In this document: piece after piece, positions 17,312 to 25,331 of the stretch
How positions within the stretch are numbered: the stretch's first letter is position 1
Layout of the letters: each line of letters opens with the position of its first letter
IMG/VR virus record: IMGVR_UViG_3300031539_000107
Coordinates: 1-41,284 of that record
Length of the DNA: 41,284 bases
Origin: a virus
Direction: 5' to 3' (one strand)
Notes under the pieces: generated by a model
Databases searched by the model: none
Told to the model about the DNA's origin: nothing
Seen by the model: the letters and a program-made list of their open reading frames with translations, nothing else
Translations under genes and position numbers: made by a program

Positions 17312-17794
17312 TCAGCCAGGCGTGAATCCAGCCTCCGTCTCCAGCTCCTCCTGGAGCAGCGCCAGCGCCCGCCAGGCGACCTTGGCCGTATGCCTCACGC
17401 CGTCCGTGTCGCGCGTACCACGCTGGATCAGGTGGCGGGCGATGCAGTCGGCGTGGTCGACGCTCTTCCCCCTCGCCCAGTGCAGCGGCTGTCCCGGGTT
17501 GTGCTGGTCGTTTCCCTTCTTGCTGACCCGGGCGACTTCAGCGATCGCTGCCGGGAAGTAGTCGAGCACGCCGGTCGCGATCGGGGTGTCCTTCCTGCCG
17601 TCCGCGTCTGCCGGCATCGCGACCAGGACGTCCTGGAGCGGCTTCCTTGCTCCCGGGCAGCAGTGATAGTTAGGAACGTATCCCCCCTCCGGCCACCGGG
17701 TACCACAGTCCAGGCAGACGGAGTGACTCACAGGGGTACGCTGAAGCCGGTCTTCCACTCGAAGGTGGCTCCCTACTCTACGGGTCTCACGCAT
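17312..17794 (-). CDS. DUF5664/MazG-like all-alpha NTP pyrophosphohydrolase with an N-terminal Cys cluster (putative)
   Basis: ATG 17794 follows GAGGAGATGGGGACCG. The segment GVLDYFPAAIAEVARVSKKGNDQHNPGQPLHWARGKSVDHADCIARHL...DGVRHTAKVAWRALALL matches my memory of the dATP/dGTP diphosphohydrolase-type domain. N-terminal CLDCG...YHCCPG. Confidence 0.55.
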   Translation of the reverse strand: MRETRRVGSHLRVEDRLQRTPVSHSVCLDCGTRWPEGGYVPNYHCCPGARKPLQDVLVAMPADADGRKDTPIATGVLDYFPAAIAEVARVSKKGNDQHNPGQPLHWARGKSVDHADCIARHLIQRGTRDTDGVRHTAKVAWRALALLQEELETEAGFTPG

Positions 17795-17990
17795 CGGTCC
17801 CCATCTCCTCTTGTTGAAGGACTGTTCGTATCTCGCAGAGAGCGAGCCACATCTCCTTCCTGCTCTGGTAGGTCTTGTTGACGATGCGCCCGATCTTGAC
17901 ACACTTCCCACGCCAGTTGTCGGGCGGACCGGCGCAGCACTCCATGCAGAGGTCACCACTCTGGTGGCACGAACACGTGCAGCTAGGCAT
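17787..17990 (-). CDS. Cys-rich 67-aa protein (possible zinc-binding)
   Basis: ATG 17990 follows GGAGATGGGGACCG. Begins MPSCTCSCHQSGDLCMECCAGPP, with 8 Cys in the first 20 residues. The stop overlaps the next start. Confidence 0.55.
   Translation of the reverse strand: MPSCTCSCHQSGDLCMECCAGPPDNWRGKCVKIGRIVNKTYQSRKEMWLALCEIRTVLQQEEMGTDA
17791..17808. repeat. 18-bp gene-junction repeat, copy 1 (GCATCGGTCCCCATCTCC)
   Basis: Identical to 17987-18004. Each copy holds the upstream C-terminus EMGTDA, a stop, and the next ATG. Confidence 0.9.
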
Positions 17991-20394
17991 CGGTCCCCAT
18001 CTCCACTCTGAGGTTGAGTCGGATCCCACCATACCCGTGCAGACGGCGTGCGCCCACCAGGCGGTCCCGGATGGACAGCTTACGCGCGCCTATCCTGCGC
18101 TTGAACGTCTTCTCTGTACCAGACTCCTCCCCGCGCTGGCGGCACCAGACCGCCCAAGCGGAGTAGAGCTCTTGACGGCTGGACGTGAAGTCCTCGCCCA
18201 GCTCGCACTCCTCCTCCAGCCAGGCGCCGAACGTGTCCTCCGTCTCCTTGTACTCCGCCGTCTTCAGGGTCACAGCGGACGGGGGCGTCAGGCCCTCCCT
18301 CTGCCAGGCGACGCATCCCTCGATCATCCAGTGCAGGATCTGGGGACCCTCCCGCTCCAGCAGCTTCTGGCTCAGGTTCTCGATCTGCTTCTCGCGCGGT
18401 ACCTTTCGGTTAAACGGGACGATATGGATCCGGCGCAGCATGGCGTCGTCCACAACCCGTATCTCGGGCTCGTGGTTGCCTACGATCACGATCTTGAACT
18501 GGGGGCTGTACGTGAACGGCTGGCCGTACAGGAAGCGGGCCGTGATCTCGTCCCCTCCCGTGATCGCCTTGATCCGCTTCTCGTCCCAGCTGTGGCCGGC
18601 GGAGGGCTCGGTCGCCGTGACCAGGCGTACGCCAGGGAGCCGGGCCAGGTCGGCAGGGATCTCCCCCCTCCTGGGGCCGACAAAGGTGTCGACGTCCACG
18701 GTGTCGTGGTAGTCGCCCAACAGCTCCGAAATCACCCGGATGAACGTGCTCTTGCCCGTGTCGGCGTCACTCCCCCAGATGAACCAGAGTGTCTTCTCGC
18801 TGATGTCGCCCGCGAGGGTGTACCCGGTGACCTTCTGGAGGTACCGGACCAGGGCCGGGTCGGACCCGGTCAGGTCGCGTAGGAACGCAGCCCAGGCCGG
18901 GGCTGGCCCCTCCGCTGGCCCGACCGCGGTCGAGCGTGCGTGCAGCTGCGCCGGGTCGGGAGGTACGATCGTACCCGTTTTGAGATCGACGACGCCGGAG
19001 GGGGTGTTGAGGAGGTAGGGGTCGGCGTCGAACGCGTCCTGGGGGACGGCGACGTACGCCTGGAGGAGGTCGCCCACGGCCTTGATCCCGGACGCCCCCT
19101 GGAACTTCCGGGCGGCGGTCTTGATGGGCCCCCCCTCCCTGCCCGGGGCGGCCTCTCCGCGCGCCTCCAGGTCCAGGCAGAGGTTGCGGAGAATCTCCCG
19201 CAGCCGGAGCTGGTGGTCCATCCCCTCGTCCCGGAGCCAGCGGTGGCCGTCCCAGACGTACCAGGCCTTGGAGGAGGCCACGTACCGGAGCTCCCCCTCC
19301 ACCTGTCCCCGTACCTGGTCCGTGACCCACTCGTCCGTGTACCGGACCCGGTCGGGGCCCTCTACCCACGGGGAACTAGAGTCCAGGATGCCCACAGACG
19401 TGTCAGGCGCCTCCAGGTCTGCCACGAACGCGTCCCGGGCCGCGGAGTACTCCCCCGCCGCCTGGGCTCGATCCAGGAGAAAGCTCCAACCCAGCCGGTA
19501 GGGACCGTGCAGGCTGTCCCAGTCCGCCTCGACCCACTCCAGGTCGTTGTGTCCCCCCTCCCATCGGCTGGCCCAGTCCAGGGCGATCACTTTCGCCCCG
19601 ACCTCGTCGTCCTGGCCGGCGGCCTTGATGGCGTAAAGGTAGTTCATGTACCCGGACCGGTGCTCTTCCACATTGGGCAGCTTCGCCACCAGCTCACCCA
19701 GGGCCTCGATGGAGGGCGCCTTAAGGTCGTCCTGGGGCGGTGGGGCAGCCTGGGCGGCCCCGGTCCCCACCAGCTCCACCTCCGCCCCCTTGGACTGCAG
19801 CGCGGCCCCCAGGGCTTTCAGGAAGGCCAGGGCCCGGTCGCCCGTGATCAGGCACAGGTCGTCCGGGCTCCACTCCCAGAGAGGTATACCTGACCAACGG
19901 TAGTCGACCCCTGAGGGGTGCTTCCCGCTGACGAGGTACTGGCGCCCGTCGCACAGCCACTCAACAGTGTGGCTCCTGCTCTTCCAGGTGATCACCAGCG
20001 CCACTCTGGCGAACGGGGCCGCGGTACGGTACACCAGCAGCCGGCGCGGGTCCCGGGAGAGACGGACGGGGGCCTCCCCCAGTTGCTGCACCGCGAACTT
20101 GTGGACGACGTCGGCCAGCTGGGGGTCGTCGCAGTCGATGTCCAGGCCGGGCCAGCGGTCACCCTTGATTCCGATGTTGGCCCCGGAGTCGGACCACCTC
20201 TTGGCCGTAGGCCTGTGGACGTCCTGGGTGGTCCAGGGGTACCCGGCCCAGGTCCCGTCCGCCTTCTGGACGCCGGGAACCTTGCCCAGGCTATCCGGCT
20301 TGATCGTGGTCCCCTCCGCGAGCGTGGAGCCTGGGGGAATCACGCTGACGAGGTCGGTGAAACCTGAGTCGAAGAGCTGCAGGGCGGCATTCAT
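17983..20394 (-). CDS. Bifunctional primase-polymerase / SF3 (P4/D5-type) helicase
   Basis: N-terminal prim-pol features (FTDLVSVIPPGS, GLDIDCDD, SGKHPSGVDYRW). Central NTPSGVVDLKTG. Walker A WGSDADTGKSTF. ITGGDEITARFLYGQPFTYSPQFKIVIVGNHEP is typical of phage/plasmid primase C-terminal domains. Confidence 0.9.
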   Translation of the reverse strand: MNAALQLFDSGFTDLVSVIPPGSTLAEGTTIKPDSLGKVPGVQKADGTWAGYPWTTQDVHRPTAKRWSDSGANIGIKGDRWPGLDIDCDDPQLADVVHKFAVQQLGEAPVRLSRDPRRLLVYRTAAPFARVALVITWKSRSHTVEWLCDGRQYLVSGKHPSGVDYRWSGIPLWEWSPDDLCLITGDRALAFLKALGAALQSKGAEVELVGTGAAQAAPPPQDDLKAPSIEALGELVAKLPNVEEHRSGYMNYLYAIKAAGQDDEVGAKVIALDWASRWEGGHNDLEWVEADWDSLHGPYRLGWSFLLDRAQAAGEYSAARDAFVADLEAPDTSVGILDSSSPWVEGPDRVRYTDEWVTDQVRGQVEGELRYVASSKAWYVWDGHRWLRDEGMDHQLRLREILRNLCLDLEARGEAAPGREGGPIKTAARKFQGASGIKAVGDLLQAYVAVPQDAFDADPYLLNTPSGVVDLKTGTIVPPDPAQLHARSTAVGPAEGPAPAWAAFLRDLTGSDPALVRYLQKVTGYTLAGDISEKTLWFIWGSDADTGKSTFIRVISELLGDYHDTVDVDTFVGPRRGEIPADLARLPGVRLVTATEPSAGHSWDEKRIKAITGGDEITARFLYGQPFTYSPQFKIVIVGNHEPEIRVVDDAMLRRIHIVPFNRKVPREKQIENLSQKLLEREGPQILHWMIEGCVAWQREGLTPPSAVTLKTAEYKETEDTFGAWLEEECELGEDFTSSRQELYSAWAVWCRQRGEESGTEKTFKRRIGARKLSIRDRLVGARRLHGYGGIRLNLRVEMGTDA
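17987..18004. repeat. 18-bp gene-junction repeat, copy 2
   Basis: Identical to 17791-17808. Confidence 0.9.
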
Positions 20395-21035
20395 ACCACA
20401 CCAGCCTTCGGGAACGGGAGAGCGGGGAGGAGGATGCTCTTCTCCCCGCGATGCGTAAGAGGCTTCAGGTACTGGTACTGCATGAAGACATGTTTCACAG
20501 CTCGCTCTTTCCCGGCGCGCAGCCTAGCTGCCTTCGGGCCAGAAGTCCACCCACGCTTGTCCACGGGCGCGCGGTTCAGAAGCGACTTATGGAACCACTC
20601 CCCGTCCAGAAGATAGAACTCCCCTTGATGTTGCCCCACGAACCGGAAATTGGAAGCCTGGTAGACCGCACCCAGCTTGCCACACCTCTCGTCGGCGAAG
20701 GACCGGACCAAATGCACGTACGGGCGGGCCGCACGGAGCAGCCGAAGGGACGCAGCGATCGCGTAGGACGGCAGATTCTGTGGGTGCCCGTCCTCAAAGT
20801 ACATCCGATTCAGCTCCACAACCTCCCGGGGTGAGAGCGTCGTGAACGTCCGCGTCACCCTGGGGTTCATCATCGGCCCGTACTGGAGGACACCCACGAG
20901 CGTGCCATCGAGCCACACCCCGTGATGGGTGTGGGAAGACCACACCACGGACCCAGAGTAGTGGTGCTCCTCCATGCGGGCCACCGCGATGCTCTTCTCC
21001 ACGGGTCCAACGAGGACGCTGTCGCGGAGGCTCAC
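20391..21035 (-). CDS. GNAT-fold, Mom-like acyltransferase (putative DNA modification enzyme)
   Basis: GTGA overlap with the polymerase stop and ATGA overlap with the primase start. Motifs: EEHHYSGS, GTLVGVLQYGP, VVELNRMYF, NLPSYAIAASLRLL, VRSFADERCGKLGAVYQASNFRFVG. Confidence 0.45.
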   Translation of the reverse strand: MSLRDSVLVGPVEKSIAVARMEEHHYSGSVVWSSHTHHGVWLDGTLVGVLQYGPMMNPRVTRTFTTLSPREVVELNRMYFEDGHPQNLPSYAIAASLRLLRAARPYVHLVRSFADERCGKLGAVYQASNFRFVGQHQGEFYLLDGEWFHKSLLNRAPVDKRGWTSGPKAARLRAGKERAVKHVFMQYQYLKPLTHRGEKSILLPALPFPKAGVV

Positions 21036-23095
21036 TTACGGTAACGCTCCCCCGCCCAGCCCTCGGCGGCTACGGGTAGACCCTCCGCCCAGGGCGGCAG
21101 GACAGTCATCAGTCTCAAGAGCTCCTCCAGTGAGCCGTGCTCGTCGGGGACCTCGCAAACGATCTCGTCGTGTACCGTCAGTACCACCGGGTAGCCCGCG
21201 TCCTCCACGCGCAGCATAGCTGCAGCCATGATGTCACGAGCCATCGCCTGCACCACGTTCTCCGTGAACAGCCCTCCGTACCCGGCGGACCGCTCCCACT
21301 TCCGGGTCACGGAGTTTACCCCCATGAACGTGACCGAGGTCACCGTGAACGGGTCCTTGTTCTTGGGGCGTACCGTCCTCTCCTCGAGCCGGGGCAGAGC
21401 GTACGCCAGGGGTCGACCGGAGGGGAGGACGCACCACAGAAACTGGCCCCGGACGGACCACTTGATCGTGGCGCCCTTGCCGCAGGTATAGGTCTCCCCC
21501 GGGAAGCGGACGGCGGCGATCGCTGCAGAGTTGATCTCCCTCCAGAAGGCCGGGATCATCGTGTACAGGCCGCGGTAGGTGTCGATGATCAGCTGTGCGA
21601 CGTCCACCTCGCCCTTGAGCAGGCGGCCCTCCTCGTCGCGCGCTCCACGGTCCAGCCGGATCCCGGACTGGGTCCAGACCTGTTCCGCGAACCGATCCGC
21701 GCCCATCCCGAACCCGCAACCCAGGACGCTGTTCTTGCCGACCTGGCGCTCCTCGCTGTCCTTCGTGATCTCGTCCAGCAGCTTGCCGGAGTAGGCGGCG
21801 CCCATCTGCTCGTACACCTTCTCACCCCGGGCGAACGCCTCGACCAGCTTCCGCTCCCCCGCGATCCAGGCGACCACTCTCGCCTCGATCTGGCTGTAGT
21901 CGCCGGAGAGGAAGCGGTGGCCGGGGGCGGGGATGAGCATCGACCGGAGGAGGGAGGAGATCACGAGCAGCGCCGGCTCCTCGATCTCGATCATGTCGAA
22001 CTCGCCCGCCAAGACCCGTGGTATATATACCTCGGGTCTCTTCATCGCGGGCCGGGGGAAGTTCTGGGGCTGGATCAGCTTGCCCGCCCAGCGCCCCGTC
22101 CCCGCCCCGTGGTAGAGGAGCAGGCCACGCGCACGCCCGTCGGGGCAGGAGGCGGCCTGCATCGCCCCCAGCTTGGACGTGGAGCTCTTGCCCGTCTCCT
22201 GCCGCAGCTCGGCCACGCGGCGGACGTCATCCTGAACGATGCCCTCCGCCTGGTTCAGGAAGTCGCGTATGGTGTCCTTGCGGACGTCGTCGAGCTCTGC
22301 CCCGGCGGCCTGGAGCCAGCGGGTGAGATCGGCGACCTTGGTGGCTCCGGACACGGCGCCGGCGGTCAGCTCCCGGAGCTCCTCGTCCGCGCGGCGGGTG
22401 CCCTCGCGGACGATCTTGCCCGCGGCATGGATCAGGGGGAGGTCCAGGCCCACGCCCCGGTCGTTGACGACCTGGTCCAGGACGTACACCCTGCGCTCGC
22501 TCTTGCTGAGTGGCCGGATCCGCTTCGCGATCTCCCGCTCCACCCGGACGTCCTGGCGGCAGTACTCGATGAGGCGGGCGAGCTTGTCAGGGTCGTCCCA
22601 CCAGGTGAGGGGGATCTTCTTCCGGGGCTTCGCCATCTGCATCATCAGGCGGTGGCCGGCCATGTCCTTCTCAACCGGGAGCCCCAGCACGCGCGCGGCC
22701 TGGTCGAGGGAGCGGGGGAGAGACATCGCGGCAGCGTCCGCCGCCGTGTCGTAGACCTGGTCGATCGAGAGGGGCGGGAAGCCGTACCTCTTCACCATGA
22801 TCTCGTTCCAGATCGTCCGCTCGAATTGCGCGTTCCATGCGCGGACCTCAAAGCCCTCGGCAACATGGTCCTCAACTTCTTCGGGAACCCAGCGACCAAG
22901 CGAAGGCGTCCACACCCCCGGGTCCTCGTCATCGATCGCCCAGGCCAGGCACCAGACGTCGGTGTCCTTGTGGGCGGCGTAGGGGTAGACCCCGCTCTTC
23001 CTCAAGTCTCCCGTGCTGCGCGTTTCAAAGTCGATGGAGAGGACTGGCACTGGGCGCTCCGGAGGCGGGGGAAGTGGGGCGGCAGGCCTTGACAC
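21032..23095 (-). CDS. polA: Family A DNA polymerase with 3'-5' exonuclease domain
   Basis: Exo I SIDFETRS. Motif A LSGDYSQIEARVVAW. Motif B RQVGKNSVLGCGFGMG. Motif C LTVHDEIVCEV. GTG start. Confidence 0.93.
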   Translation of the reverse strand: MSRPAAPLPPPPERPVPVLSIDFETRSTGDLRKSGVYPYAAHKDTDVWCLAWAIDDEDPGVWTPSLGRWVPEEVEDHVAEGFEVRAWNAQFERTIWNEIMVKRYGFPPLSIDQVYDTAADAAAMSLPRSLDQAARVLGLPVEKDMAGHRLMMQMAKPRKKIPLTWWDDPDKLARLIEYCRQDVRVEREIAKRIRPLSKSERRVYVLDQVVNDRGVGLDLPLIHAAGKIVREGTRRADEELRELTAGAVSGATKVADLTRWLQAAGAELDDVRKDTIRDFLNQAEGIVQDDVRRVAELRQETGKSSTSKLGAMQAASCPDGRARGLLLYHGAGTGRWAGKLIQPQNFPRPAMKRPEVYIPRVLAGEFDMIEIEEPALLVISSLLRSMLIPAPGHRFLSGDYSQIEARVVAWIAGERKLVEAFARGEKVYEQMGAAYSGKLLDEITKDSEERQVGKNSVLGCGFGMGADRFAEQVWTQSGIRLDRGARDEEGRLLKGEVDVAQLIIDTYRGLYTMIPAFWREINSAAIAAVRFPGETYTCGKGATIKWSVRGQFLWCVLPSGRPLAYALPRLEERTVRPKNKDPFTVTSVTFMGVNSVTRKWERSAGYGGLFTENVVQAMARDIMAAAMLRVEDAGYPVVLTVHDEIVCEVPDEHGSLEELLRLMTVLPPWAEGLPVAAEGWAGERYRK

Positions 23096-23149
23096 CCGCC
23101 GCCCCGGACTACTGAAGTAGGACGTTTCGTCCTCTTCCGTCCTACCCTA

Positions 23150-23806
23150 CTAGCCCAGCAGGTCGGACAGGTCGTCCTCCTTCGGGGCCTTCTTCCCCTT
23201 GCCCTTCTTCGCGGGCTCCGGGGCCGGCGTCTCCTCGTCGTCCTCCTCGCCCGTCATGTCGGACAGGTCGGCAGCGACCGGCTCCTCGGCGTCGAACGCG
23301 TCACGGGCCGAGACGCGCCCGTCCAGGCGGTCACCGTCCGCCCACTTCTGGATACCGTTGAGCCCGAACGTGACACCCTTGTTCCCACTCCGGTCGTAAC
23401 AGTAGGCCTTGACCAGGCCCTTCACGATCGCGCCGGCGTAGACCACCGCCTCGTCCGTGATCTCCTCCGCCTTGCCGTCGACCGGGCTCTTGTAGCGGGC
23501 GACGACGAGCGGCCTGTCCTTCGAGCGGGGGGAGATGAAGCACGACCCCTCCGGGTAGCCCTTGTCCTCGTCCGTCCGGAAGGGCCACTTCAGCTTGCCG
23601 GAGCGGATCATGCCCGCGGCCTTGTCGCCGTACTTCTCGGTGGCGGCCTCGAGCGCGGCGGCCTTCAGCTCGCGCAGGTCGGTGTCCTTCGCGAACACCA
23701 GGACCGCTCCGTACATCGCGTTCCCGCCCTCCTCCATCGGCGCCTGCGGCTTGAACAGGTGGGGGTAGGACAGGATGGCGGGGGGTGTGACGATCTGCTT
23801 GCTCAT
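23150..23806 (-). CDS. DUF2815-type (T7 gp2.5-like) ssDNA-binding protein
   Basis: The N-terminus PPAILSYPHLFKPQ is typical of DUF2815. Acidic C-terminal tail EEDDEE...EDDLSDLLG. It sits between the nuclease and the polymerase, as in known replication modules. Confidence 0.8.
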   Translation of the reverse strand: MSKQIVTPPAILSYPHLFKPQAPMEEGGNAMYGAVLVFAKDTDLRELKAAALEAATEKYGDKAAGMIRSGKLKWPFRTDEDKGYPEGSCFISPRSKDRPLVVARYKSPVDGKAEEITDEAVVYAGAIVKGLVKAYCYDRSGNKGVTFGLNGIQKWADGDRLDGRVSARDAFDAEEPVAADLSDMTGEEDDEETPAPEPAKKGKGKKAPKEDDLSDLLG

Positions 23807-25050
23807 GACTTCTTCCTCGGTCTGCGGGGTTTGCTCGGAACGCTCGGAACACTCGGTGTTGCGGCGGGCGGCGCGTCCTCCAACGCGAACCCTACCGCAC
23901 CCGGTCCAACCGCCGGGCGGGGGTCCTGCTCAGGGGCCAGATTGTAACCGCTCGACTCCTTGACCACCAGCCCCTCAGGGAGAGGGGGCCTGACGCCGGC
24001 GGGGTACAGCTCCTTGATCTTCCCCTCCGCCTGGGCGGGGGAGACCAGCTTCCTGACGTAGAGGTCGTCCGACTTGAGACCCAGGGCTTCGTGCAGGGTC
24101 TCCTCCGTGACCCCGTCAGCCCACTTCCGGGTGGCACGCTTGGGGACCAGCTTGTACCCGGGGAAGGAGCCACCCGCCTCCAGGATCCCCGTGACGTGGC
24201 GCTCGATGGACGACAGCCAGTCCCGGACCAGGCCGGCCCCGGCCAGCACGCGCTGGATGGCGCCCTCGTCCAGGAGCTCCGGGGCCGGCAGCGCCGGGGG
24301 TGGCTCCAGGTCGAACTCGGCCTCCACGACCGTCAGTGCGTGCGCCCTCTGCGCGGGGCAGGTCGCCATCGCCTTGCAGAACCGGCACCAGTCGCCCACG
24401 ACCTTGGGCGCGTCCGGGGCCAGGGTCGCCTCCGCCGCCTTCCACAGGTCGCGCTTGAAGGAGACCAGGTCACCGAACGACATCTCGGTCGAGCGCACGA
24501 TCCCGGACGGGTGGAACGCACGCGGCTGGACGATCGTCATCACGACCACGTCCGGACGCTTCTTGAGGCTGATGACCGCGCCCAGGGCGTAGTACCCCAG
24601 CTGGCTGTTCTCGGTCGCATCGACCGCGACCCCTCGCCCGTGCTTGTAGTCGCAGACGTACAGCGTCCGCCGGCGCGGGCTCCAGACCACGGCGTCGCCC
24701 GTGCCGTACATCGGCCCCGGCGGGTTCAGCTCGGACAGGTCGAACTCGTGCTCGATCAGGAGCTTGTCGTCCTCGTACTGGACGAGGGTGCGGACGTGGT
24801 CCAGGAAGACCTGGACAGCGTTCGCCATCTCCTCCGTGACCGTGACCCCGTGGATCTCGGTCTCCAGCCAGACGTCGGCGTCGAGCCCCTTATGGAGGGC
24901 GCGCTCGGCGAGGGCGTGAGCCGCCGTCCCCTCCAGGGCGTACGGCGAGCTGACGTCGGGCAGGCCCGCCTCTGCAGCGACCGACCCGGGGCAGTTCATC
25001 CAACGCTCGGACTTGGACGCGCCCAGGTTGGCGTGGCTCTTGGGGGGCAT
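23803..25050 (-). CDS. DUF2800 / PD-(D/E)xK (Cas4/RecB-like) nuclease with a Cys cluster
   Basis: The N-terminus SHANLGASKSERWMNCPGS is typical of DUF2800. VCDYKHGRG is a D-x-K core. DWCRFCKAMATCP, together with the N-terminal Cys, suggests an Fe-S cluster. Confidence 0.8.
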   Translation of the reverse strand: MPPKSHANLGASKSERWMNCPGSVAAEAGLPDVSSPYALEGTAAHALAERALHKGLDADVWLETEIHGVTVTEEMANAVQVFLDHVRTLVQYEDDKLLIEHEFDLSELNPPGPMYGTGDAVVWSPRRRTLYVCDYKHGRGVAVDATENSQLGYYALGAVISLKKRPDVVVMTIVQPRAFHPSGIVRSTEMSFGDLVSFKRDLWKAAEATLAPDAPKVVGDWCRFCKAMATCPAQRAHALTVVEAEFDLEPPPALPAPELLDEGAIQRVLAGAGLVRDWLSSIERHVTGILEAGGSFPGYKLVPKRATRKWADGVTEETLHEALGLKSDDLYVRKLVSPAQAEGKIKELYPAGVRPPLPEGLVVKESSGYNLAPEQDPRPAVGPGAVGFALEDAPPAATPSVPSVPSKPRRPRKKS

Positions 25051-25328
25051 CAGACGCTCCCCGCGAACAGGGCGGCGATGACCTCGTCGTCTTTCATCCC
25101 GTCGCTCTTGTCGAGGGCGAGCTGGAGGAGCACCGACGCCCTGTCCGCGAGCCGCTTCTCCACCCCATCCGCCACAGGCTTGAGGGCCCGCTTGACCGCA
25201 GCGCGGAGCTGGTCCCTCATCTCCTGGTGGATGATTCGTGCCAAGTATTCCCCGTAATCGTCGTCATCATCCTCCGTCGTGGAGAGTGTGAAGACCTGCT
25301 TCGGGATGATGATCTTGAGCGCGGGCAT
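25050..25328 (-). CDS. Hypothetical 92-aa acidic protein
   Basis: ATG 25328. Contains TTEDDDDDYGEY. Its stop overlaps the nuclease ATG by 1 nt. Confidence 0.6.
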   Translation of the reverse strand: MPALKIIIPKQVFTLSTTEDDDDDYGEYLARIIHQEMRDQLRAAVKRALKPVADGVEKRLADRASVLLQLALDKSDGMKDDEVIAALFAGSV

Positions 25329-25331
25329 GGG

